From: an uncultured Chloroflexia bacterium
Lineage (GTDB): Bacteria; Chloroflexota; Limnocylindria; Limnocylindrales; CSP1-4
Direction of reading: 5' to 3'
DNA: 13,444 nt
NCBI GenBank assembly: GCA_963752475.1
Contig: CAVVYR010000021.1
Location: forward strand, 1-13,444
Under the pieces are notes generated by a model. That model had not been told where the DNA came from. It ran no database searches and saw only the letters and a list, made by a program, of their open reading frames with translations. Position numbers and translations under genes: made by a program. Of the stretch, positions 6,500 to 13,444 are shown piece after piece; position 1 is the stretch's first letter; each line of letters begins with the position of its first letter.

Positions 6500-7492
6500 G
6501 TGGTACGGACACGCATCGTCGGGAGCCTCGGTGCAGCGGCTCTCATCGCGACGTCACTGTCGGGGACAGCGATCGCGCAGGATAGTGACTATGAGATCGC
6601 GTTCGCGATCCCCACGTCCCAGGCGACCTACTTCACGGCCTATGACAACGCCGTCAAGGAACTGGCCGATGAACTCGGAGTCGAGGTCAAGTTCGCGTTC
6701 GCCGAGAACGACGCGGCCAAGCAGAACCAGCAGGTAGCCGAATTCATGACCGCCGGCGCGGATGCCGTCGTCGTCGCACCCGTCGACGTCGATGCGTCGC
6801 TGCCCGGCATCACCGCCTACGCTGACGCCGAAGAGCCGATCATCACCAGCAACCGCTTCGTCAATGGTGACTACGGCGATATCGACGGCGCCAACCCCAA
6901 GGTGCACACCGGGTTCTCGGACTACGAGATCGGTCGGAACCTCGGTGAGCTGATGATCGTCGCGTGCGGCGACAAGGATCCCTGCAACGTGATCATGGAG
7001 CAGGGCACCATCGGCTCCTCGCCGCAGATCGAGCGTGACCGAGGCGCCTTCGAGGTGCTCGAGGCCAACACCGCCATCAACGTGGTGGACAAGCAGACCA
7101 ACGACTTCCAGCAGTCGAAGGCCATCGAGTTGACCGATCAGCTCATGGTCAAGCACCCGGCCGGCACCGTGGACGTCATCGGCGTGCACGATGATGCCTC
7201 GGCCGTTGGCGTCGTCACCTCCGTCGAGCGTGCCGGTCGCGATGACGAGATCAACGTGGTCGGCGTCGGTGGCAGCATCGAAGGCGTCGACGCGATCTCC
7301 GAGGGCCGCATGTTCGGCACCGTCTGGGTGTCGCCGCGCCTCGACGGCATCCTCGCTCTGCAGGCAGCCCTGGCGCTGCTCGAGGGTGAGACGCCTGATG
7401 GCATCTCCGAGATCGAGGGTCGCCCGACCGTGCCCGTGCCCATCGAGCAGGTGACCATCGACAACGTCGCCGACTACCCCGGCGAGTGGTGA
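6500..7492 (+). CDS. Sugar ABC transporter substrate-binding protein (RbsB/Peripla_BP type I), 330 aa
   Basis: AAGGAG lies 8 nt before GTG 6500. The signal peptide MVRTRIVGSLGAAALIATSLSGTAIA|QD is followed by A.NDAAKQ..Q, GADAVVVAPVD, SNR, ERDRG, HDDASAVG, VVGVGG and GTVWVSP. Confidence 0.92.
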   Translation: MVRTRIVGSLGAAALIATSLSGTAIAQDSDYEIAFAIPTSQATYFTAYDNAVKELADELGVEVKFAFAENDAAKQNQQVAEFMTAGADAVVVAPVDVDASLPGITAYADAEEPIITSNRFVNGDYGDIDGANPKVHTGFSDYEIGRNLGELMIVACGDKDPCNVIMEQGTIGSSPQIERDRGAFEVLEANTAINVVDKQTNDFQQSKAIELTDQLMVKHPAGTVDVIGVHDDASAVGVVTSVERAGRDDEINVVGVGGSIEGVDAISEGRMFGTVWVSPRLDGILALQAALALLEGETPDGISEIEGRPTVPVPIEQVTIDNVADYPGEW

Positions 7493-7518
7493 GCTGACGC
7501 TCAGCTGATCCATAGTTG

Positions 7519-7551
7519 CGGCGCGCTGCCTATCACGTGGGCGGCGCGCCG
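7519..7551 (+). other. Intercistronic stem-loop after the binding-protein gene
   Basis: CGGCGCGCTGCCTAT (7519-7533), a CAC loop, and GTGGGCGGCGCGCCG (7537-7551) form a 15-bp stem with 3 G.U pairs. There is no U-tract. Confidence 0.65.
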
Positions 7552-7574
7552 ACTTCGTACAGGGGGCGATGCTC

Positions 7575-9077
7575 ATGGCTACCGCACTGCGCCTCGATTC
7601 GCTGTCCAAGCACTTCGGTGGCGTTCGGGCCCTGAGTGACGTCAGCCTGCGTCTCGAGTCGGGTCAGGTCCTGGGCTTGATCGGTGAGAACGGAGCCGGG
7701 AAGTCCACCCTCATCAAGATCCTGAACGGCGTGCAGCGCGCCGACGGCGGAAGCATCGTGCTCGATGGCAAGGAGGTCTCGTTCGGCTCGCCGGCCGAGG
7801 CCCTGCGCGCCGGCGTGGCCACGGTCCACCAGGAGAGCAGCCTGGTCCCGAACCTGGACGTGGCTGCCAACCTGATGCTGGCTCACGAGTCGGCGAGCGG
7901 GAACGGGAGCCTGCTGGTCAGCCAACGCAGCACGCACAGGGCGGCGCGTGCACTGATGGACAAGACCGGCTTCGACATCGCACTCGACACGCCGGCGGCC
8001 GACCTCTCGGTCGCGCAACGCCAACTCGTGGAGATCGCGCGCGCTCTCGCGATGGCGGCGACCGTGCTCATCCTCGATGAGCCGACCGCCGCACTCAGTC
8101 CCGATGAGGTCGAGGTCCTCTTCGGCGCCATCCGCGACATCCGTGGCCAAGGCGTGCCAGTCATCTACGTCTCGCATCGTCTCGAGGAGATCCCGATCAT
8201 CTGCGATCGCGTTGCAGTGCTGCGCAACGGTCAGCTCGTCGGCGAACTCGACGGCGCAGAAGCAACGCACGACCGCCTGGTTCCCATGATGCTTGGCCGC
8301 GACGTTGAGACGCTCTACCCGGATCGAGACAGCGCGCCAGGGCAGACCGTGTTGGAGGTGAACGACCTCCGTGCCCCCGGCTTCAAGGACATCTCGCTCG
8401 ACATCCGCAAGGGGGAGATCGTGGGCCTGGTCGGGGCACTCGGAGCCGGCCAGCGCGAGGTAGCTCGAGCCATCGTCGGCGTCGACCAGCGGGCCGCTGG
8501 CGCCGTCCTCGTCGATGGGCACCCCGTACGAGCCAATGACCCACGCGCAGCCATCGATCTCGGCGTGGCCTACGTCACCGGTGATCGGCGTGACTCCACG
8601 CACCCGGGTCTGGCCATCGAATTGAACCTGTCGTTGCCCTGGCTCTGGACCGGCTCCAAGTGGGGCGTGGTGCGTACGCGCGAGGTACGCAAGCGCGTCG
8701 AAGGCCTCATCGACACGTTCAGCATCAGGACGACCGGCCCGGAGCAGCTGATGGTGGACCTCAGTGGTGGCAACCAGCAGAAGGTGCTCTTCGCGAGATG
8801 GGCACCGCTCGCGCCGCGGCTTTTCGTCCTCGACGACCCGACCCTGGGCGTCGATATCGGCTCGAAGTCGGAGGTGTATCAACTGCTACGTCACTTCACC
8901 TCCGAGGGCGCTGCTGTCCTGCTGGTCACATCCGACCTTGAGGAGGTCATCCATACCGCCGACCGCATCGTCGTGATGCGGCACGGCTCCATCGCCGCCG
9001 AGATCGCGGGCGAGACCGCGACCGAGGCGGAGATCGTACGCATCGCCCACGGCTTCGCCGCGGCCGACGCAGCCTGA
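7575..9077 (+). CDS. Sugar ABC transporter ATP-binding protein with two NBDs (RbsA/MglA type), ~500 aa
   Basis: Walker A GENGAGKST, LSVAQRQ, ILDEPT and SHRLEE in the first domain. The second NBD has a degenerate Walker A, LSGGNQQK and VLDDPT. AGGGGG spacing favours ATG 7575 over 7569. Confidence 0.95.
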   Translation: MATALRLDSLSKHFGGVRALSDVSLRLESGQVLGLIGENGAGKSTLIKILNGVQRADGGSIVLDGKEVSFGSPAEALRAGVATVHQESSLVPNLDVAANLMLAHESASGNGSLLVSQRSTHRAARALMDKTGFDIALDTPAADLSVAQRQLVEIARALAMAATVLILDEPTAALSPDEVEVLFGAIRDIRGQGVPVIYVSHRLEEIPIICDRVAVLRNGQLVGELDGAEATHDRLVPMMLGRDVETLYPDRDSAPGQTVLEVNDLRAPGFKDISLDIRKGEIVGLVGALGAGQREVARAIVGVDQRAAGAVLVDGHPVRANDPRAAIDLGVAYVTGDRRDSTHPGLAIELNLSLPWLWTGSKWGVVRTREVRKRVEGLIDTFSIRTTGPEQLMVDLSGGNQQKVLFARWAPLAPRLFVLDDPTLGVDIGSKSEVYQLLRHFTSEGAAVLLVTSDLEEVIHTADRIVVMRHGSIAAEIAGETATEAEIVRIAHGFAAADAA

Positions 9078-9093
9078 TCGAGGACGGGGAGGC

Positions 9094-10116
9094 ATGAGCG
9101 AGATCCAGACCGAGGCCACGATGAACCAGGGCGGCTCCGCCGGCGGGAACGGCAACGGGGAACAGCGCTCCCTGTTCTCTCGCATCACCACCGCGCTGGA
9201 CCTGCGACGGAACGGCCTAGCGCTGTTCGCGCTTGCTATGGTCGGCCTGGTGGCGCTCATCCGCCCTGACTTCGTCTCGTTCGACAACTTCGTCAGCATC
9301 CTTCGAGGCCAGTCGTTCATCGGCATCATCGCGGTGGGCATGGCCATCGTCATGATCGCCGGAGGCTTCGACCTGTCCGTGGCGCGCGTGGCCGCGCTCT
9401 CTGGCGTGATCGTGGGCACGCTCCACTACCTGGGCCCCATCCCGGCCATCGCTGCCGCCCTTGGCGTGGCGGCGCTCATCGGACTCATCAACGGCACCCT
9501 CATCACGCGAGCTCGTGTGAACCCGTTCGTGGTGACGCTGGGCATGTTCTCGATCGCCTCATCGTTAACGCTGGTGGCGTCGGGCGGCGAGACCCGCAGA
9601 GGCTTCGACCCGTGGCTGCTCAGCATCAGCGAGGGTGAGATCGGCCCCATCCCCTCACCCATCTTCTTCTTCCTTGCCACCGCCATCGTCTGCCACTTCC
9701 TCTTGAGTCGAACGCGCTTCGGACGTTACGTCTACGCGGTGGGCGGAAGTGTCGAGGCCAGCCGCCTGGCGGGCGTACCGACCAGTTGGGTCATCACGGC
9801 TTCGTACGTCATCGTCTCGCTCTGCGCCGGCATCGCCGGTGTCGTGATGACGTCGTACCTGCGCTCGGCCACACCCGGCGCTATGGCGGGAGGCGAGCTG
9901 GACGCGATCGCAGCCGTGATCCTCGGCGGCGTAAGGCTGGGTGGAGGCGTCGGGACCATCCCGCGCACGGTCCTGGGCGTGCTCATCCTCGGCGCCATCG
10001 GCAACGCCCTCATCTTCCTGGGCATCGACCCCTTCTGGCAGGGGTTCGTGAAGGGTTCCGTGATCATCATCGCCGTCGCCATCGACGCGCTCCAGAACCG
10101 GTCGAGACGAGCGTGA
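9094..10116 (+). CDS. Sugar ABC transporter permease (RbsC / BPD_transp_2), 340 aa
   Basis: Multiple hydrophobic helices with GGFDLSV, PFVVTLG, RTRFGRYVYAVGG..EASRLAGV, ELDAIAAVILGG..L.GG.G and WQGFVKG. RBS GGGGAGG. Confidence 0.95.
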   Translation: MSEIQTEATMNQGGSAGGNGNGEQRSLFSRITTALDLRRNGLALFALAMVGLVALIRPDFVSFDNFVSILRGQSFIGIIAVGMAIVMIAGGFDLSVARVAALSGVIVGTLHYLGPIPAIAAALGVAALIGLINGTLITRARVNPFVVTLGMFSIASSLTLVASGGETRRGFDPWLLSISEGEIGPIPSPIFFFLATAIVCHFLLSRTRFGRYVYAVGGSVEASRLAGVPTSWVITASYVIVSLCAGIAGVVMTSYLRSATPGAMAGGELDAIAAVILGGVRLGGGVGTIPRTVLGVLILGAIGNALIFLGIDPFWQGFVKGSVIIIAVAIDALQNRSRRA

Positions 10117-10171
10117 GCCGCTCGAAGCGCCACGGCCGGCGCAGTGATGGCCACAGCTGGAGTGACCGCAC

Positions 10172-11563
10172 ATGAAGGCACCCCGCGTGACGCTTGCGGA
10201 GCTCGAGCTGCCCGAATTCGGACTCCCGCAGGACCAGCCGACCATCCCCGCTTCCACGTATGCAGCCAGGGTCGCGGCGCTCGAGGCGCGGTATCGCTCG
10301 GCCGGCTTCGACGCCTTCGTGGTCTACGCCGACCGTGAGCACTTCGCCAACATGGCCTATCTCACCGGCTACGACCCCCGGTTCGAGGAAGCGCTGCTGG
10401 TCCTGCTTCCGGGACGAACGCCGGCGCTGCTCGTCGGCAACGAAGGCCTGACCTACGCTTCAGTCTGTCCGCTACCGGTGGACGTGAAGCTTTGTCAGAC
10501 GCTCAGCCTCGTCGACCAACCCCGCGACTCGAGCCCACCGCTTGCGGACGTTCTGGCCAGCTCCGGGCTCGCGAAGGGCATGCGTGTCGGAGTCGCAGGC
10601 TGGAAATACTTCTCCGCGCTTGACTCACCTTCGCCCGGCGAATGGCTGGAGGTCCCCAGCTTCATCGTGGATGGCCTACGCGAGATGGGTCTGGTCCCGT
10701 CGAACGCCAACGCACTGCTGATGCACCCCGATGGCGGGCTGCGCGTGGTGAACGATGTCCACCAGCTGGCCGCCTTCGAGTACTCGGCGGCACACGCGTC
10801 GCAGGGTGTGCGGGACCTGATCTTCGGCCTTCGAGAGCAGATGACCGAGTACGACGCTTGCGCACTCGCCGGCATGCGCGGGATGCCCGTCGGATTCCAC
10901 CCGTTGTTGCTTAGCGGTGAGCGGACGAGCCTCGGCCTGGGCAGCCCGTCCACCCGGCGCATATCGCTGGGCGATCCGATCGTGGCCGCCATCGGCTATT
11001 GGGGCAGCAACACCGCTCGTGCCGGGTTCGCGGCACGCAGCAAGGCAGACCTGCCGGAGTCGATCTCGGATTACGTCGATCGGCTGGTCGCGCCCTATTT
11101 CCGTGCGGCCGTGGCGTGGTACGAGACGGTCGGCATCGGCGTGCCCAGCGGTGAGCTCTACGCGGCGGCGATGGAGCATATCGGCGATCCCTTCTTCGGC
11201 GTCAGCCTCAATCCGGGACACCTGATCCACCTCGAAGAATGGCTCAGCTCGCCGGTGTGGCAAGGATCGACCATCCCTCTCGTGTCGGGAATGTACTGGC
11301 AGGTGGACATGATCCCCGCGACCGGCAGCCCGTACTTCAGCACCAACATCGAGGACGGCATCGCCCTCGCGGACGCAGCCCTGCGGGCCGAGTTCGCGGC
11401 TACGTATCCCGATGCCTGGGCGCGGATCGAAGCGCGCCGCCGCTTCATGCGTGACGTCGTCGGCATCCGGCTCAAGCGGGAGGTACTGCCCTTCTCGAAC
11501 ATGCCCGCCTATCTTCCTCCGTTCTGGTTGTCTCCGAAGCACGCGATGCGGGTCGTCCGATGA
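10172..11563 (+). CDS. M24/creatinase-fold hydrolase of unknown function ('Xaa-Pro aminopeptidase-like'), 463 aa
   Basis: The N-terminus is Creatinase_N-like (DAFVVYADREHFANMAYLTGYDPRFEEALLVL). The C-terminal pita-bread motifs are LNPGHLIHLEEW, GMYWQVD and NIEDGIAL. Confidence 0.75.
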   Translation: MKAPRVTLAELELPEFGLPQDQPTIPASTYAARVAALEARYRSAGFDAFVVYADREHFANMAYLTGYDPRFEEALLVLLPGRTPALLVGNEGLTYASVCPLPVDVKLCQTLSLVDQPRDSSPPLADVLASSGLAKGMRVGVAGWKYFSALDSPSPGEWLEVPSFIVDGLREMGLVPSNANALLMHPDGGLRVVNDVHQLAAFEYSAAHASQGVRDLIFGLREQMTEYDACALAGMRGMPVGFHPLLLSGERTSLGLGSPSTRRISLGDPIVAAIGYWGSNTARAGFAARSKADLPESISDYVDRLVAPYFRAAVAWYETVGIGVPSGELYAAAMEHIGDPFFGVSLNPGHLIHLEEWLSSPVWQGSTIPLVSGMYWQVDMIPATGSPYFSTNIEDGIALADAALRAEFAATYPDAWARIEARRRFMRDVVGIRLKREVLPFSNMPAYLPPFWLSPKHAMRVVR

Positions 11564-11672
11564 CCCGACCGCTTCACCGACGCCCCGACAAGCCACCTCA
11601 AGCCCGCTCTGCGACGTCCGCTCCGGCTCATGAGCGCCATCGCGAGCTCAGATCCAGTGAAGGGAGCACCAC

Positions 11673-12705
11673 ATGAACTCGATCGAGCGTGTCGCCGCGG
11701 CGATAGAGATGCGGACTCCGGACAGGGTTCCCGTCGACCTGCACAACTTCCTGCCCGCAGCGCAGGCATTCGGGCGTCCCTTCACCGAGACCTTCCGCGA
11801 CGGCGAGCTGTTGGCACAGGCCATGCTCGATGCGTGGCGCGAGTACGGGCACGACATGATCCTGCTGGAGAACGGCACCGGCTGCAACGCGGAGGCCTGC
11901 GGCGCCAAGGTTGCCTATCGCGATGACGCCGCGCCGGTCGCTGACGAGCCGCTGATCGGGTCTCTCGACGAGGTCGCTGATCTCACGGTGCCCGATCCCG
12001 AGACCACGTTCCCGCAGAAGGAGATCCTGAAGGCCACTCGCATCCTGTCGAAGGAGATCGGTGATCAGGCCTGGATCGTGGCTCGCGCCGACCAGGGACC
12101 CTTCGACCTCGCGTCCCAACTCTTCGGGATCGAGAACCTGATGCTGGCCATGGCGATGGGCCAGGAAGACGGGGTCCATGCGCTCCTCGACTACTGCCGA
12201 CAGGTCACGACCCGCTATGCGTATGCCTTGCTCGACGCGGGCGGTCGCTCTACCTCCATCGGAGAGCCAGTCTCCGGCCCTGGGCTCGATCTCGCCGGCG
12301 GACTACAACAGGTACGCCAAGCCGCAGCAGAAGCGACTGGTCGACGACATCAAGGCCCGGGACGGGATCATCCACAACCACATCTGCGGCGACACGTCAC
12401 TCATCCTCGAGGACTTCATCGGCACGGGTGCCCAGATCCTGGAGGTCGACCATCTGACCGATCTGCGCAACGCCAAGGACGTCGCCGATGGACGAGTCTG
12501 TTTCCTGGGCAACATCGACACCGATATCATCACCCGCGGCACGCCTAGTGAGGTCGACGATGCCGTTCGCAAGGCCATCGAGACCATGGGTCGCGATGGT
12601 GGCCTGATCCTGGGCCCGGGATGTGCCCTGGGGCCGGAGACTCCGTCGGACAACATCCACGCTCTGGTCGAGGCTGCCTGGAGGCACGGGACGAATCCGG
12701 CCTGA
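11673..12705 (+). pseudogene. URO-D / MtaA-CmuA-family Zn protein (methylcobamide:thiol methyltransferase-like), split by one extra base near 12287-12288; 343 aa if repaired
   Basis: The first frame gives MNSIERVAAAI..PDRVPV, AEACGAKV, QGPFDLASQLFGIENLM and SIGEPVSGPGL. The next frame continues ISPADY..HNHICG..LEVD..FLGNID..GTPSEV..ILGPGCAL..T..DNIHALVEAA. RBS AAGGGAG. The shift may be a sequencing error rather than a true pseudogene. Confidence 0.82.
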
Positions 12706-12760
12706 CCGCCGGCGCAGGGCGCGGACAGAGCGAACAGCCCCATCCGGGAGGCGAATCGAC

Positions 12761-13423
12761 ATGACCATGAACGATCGAGCGGCCATGCTGGAGACCCTTC
12801 GGCGTGTCGCATACAGCGCCGTCGTCTCAGACTGCTGCGATCAGGTCGGGCTGCGCGAGCAGACGATGTCGGCAGGGATCGAGCCGGTCTCGGGCGGCAC
12901 CGAGGTCCTCATCGGCTTCGCCCGCCCGGTCCGGAGCGTGGCCGTCGAGGACATCCCTGACGAGCCCTACGGGGCGGAGATCGACTTCATCGACTCGTTG
13001 CGTCGTGACGACGTCGTGGTCGGTACGGTCGAAGCCCCCGGAGCCTTCTGGGGCGAGCTCTTCTCGACAGCCGCGAAGGCGCGGGGCGCCGTCGGCGCTG
13101 TCGTCGATGGTTTGGTCAGGGACCAGGCACGCATCCGAGAGCTGGGATTCCCGGTGTTCGCCCGAGGTGGCCGCCCGACCGACAGCCTTGGGCGTGTCTC
13201 CATCCGCGAGCACGATGTCCCGTTGACGATCGGCGGCATCAAGGTCTCGCCCGGCGATCTGGTAGTGGCGGACATCGACGGCGTCGCGGTCGTGCCCGCT
13301 GATGCGACCGAGGACGTGGCGACTCGAGCGATCGCCAAGGCTACGACCGAGAACGAGGCGCGAGAGTTGCTCGAGGGTGGCGCGCTGCTACGTGACGCTT
13401 GGAACCGCTATAGGGTCTTGTGA
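12761..13423 (+). CDS. RraA-like / HMG-CHA class II pyruvate aldolase family protein, 220 aa
   Basis: SAVVSDCCD, AFWGELFS, GAVVDGLVRD, LGFPVFARG and PGDLVVADIDGVAVVP. GGGAGG lies 9 nt before ATG 12761. Confidence 0.88.
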   Translation: MTMNDRAAMLETLRRVAYSAVVSDCCDQVGLREQTMSAGIEPVSGGTEVLIGFARPVRSVAVEDIPDEPYGAEIDFIDSLRRDDVVVGTVEAPGAFWGELFSTAAKARGAVGAVVDGLVRDQARIRELGFPVFARGGRPTDSLGRVSIREHDVPLTIGGIKVSPGDLVVADIDGVAVVPADATEDVATRAIAKATTENEARELLEGGALLRDAWNRYRVL

Positions 13424-13444
13424 TGAGCGCGCTCGCCGGCATCT
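13423..13444 (+). CDS. Probable start of the next operon gene (MSALAGI...), truncated by the window edge
   Basis: TGATG stop/start overlap with the RraA-like gene. Only 7 codons are visible. Confidence 0.5.

Noticed and set aside
6283-6546. 87-residue N-terminal extension of the dehydratase ORF, overlapping the ORF-track start of the SBP at 6404
   Set aside because: Strong RBSs place the starts at 6282 (-) and 6500 (+). The extensions run over promoter and leader DNA.
8825-8845. Walker B DDPT instead of DEPT, and a degenerate Walker A, in the second NBD
   Set aside because: The second site is commonly degenerate in RbsA-type ATPases, so this is not evidence of inactivation.
6554-8882. Long - strand ORFs 6554..7609 and 7533..8882 (similarly 5035..5916 on + and 10676..11596 on -)
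   Set aside because: Antisense shadows of well-supported genes.
10117-10130. GCCGCTCGAAGCGC, resembling GCCGCTCGAGCGC at 2040-2052
   Set aside because: Too short and GC-rich to distinguish from chance.
11564-11672. 109-bp gap with the palindrome GCTCATGAGC and the start of a 98-aa ORF (11630..11926)
   Set aside because: Short palindromes are expected at this GC content, there is no operator match, and the ORF overlaps the real gene out of frame.
12275-12295. Programmed frameshifting or phase variation at the URO-D-like gene
   Set aside because: No slippery heptamer or long simple repeat is present.
1-13444. CRISPR arrays, tRNA/rRNA genes, defence or phage genes
   Set aside because: None were seen. 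The intergenic gaps are short and contain no repeat-spacer arrays or cloverleaf structures.

Overview
This is a GC-rich bacterial window with two parts. (1) A complete IS1182-family insertion sequence (30..1885) with 11-bp terminal inverted repeats, flanking CTAG repeats and an intact DDE transposase. (2) An ~11.5 kb catabolic cluster that runs off the right edge. Its left operon (+) encodes a cyclase/KynB-family hydrolase, a Zn-dependent MDR dehydrogenase and a DgoR-like FadR/GntR repressor. A convergent L-arabinonate-dehydratase-like IlvD/Edd gene lies on the - strand. A long + operon, divergent from the dehydratase, encodes an Rbs-type sugar ABC importer, an M24/creatinase-fold hydrolase lacking two of its metal ligands, a frameshifted URO-D/MtaA-CmuA-family Zn protein, an RraA/HMG-aldolase-family protein and the start of a further gene. 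The same 13-bp palindrome (GTCAT-N3-ATGAC) overlaps promoter elements in both promoter regions, which suggests one self-contained regulon. The ~155-nt leader of the ABC operon contains competing stems. No sugar kinase is present in the window. The gene set suggests an uncharacterised non-phosphorylative pathway for a modified sugar or sugar acid. All product calls come from motif recognition by eye, not from database searches.
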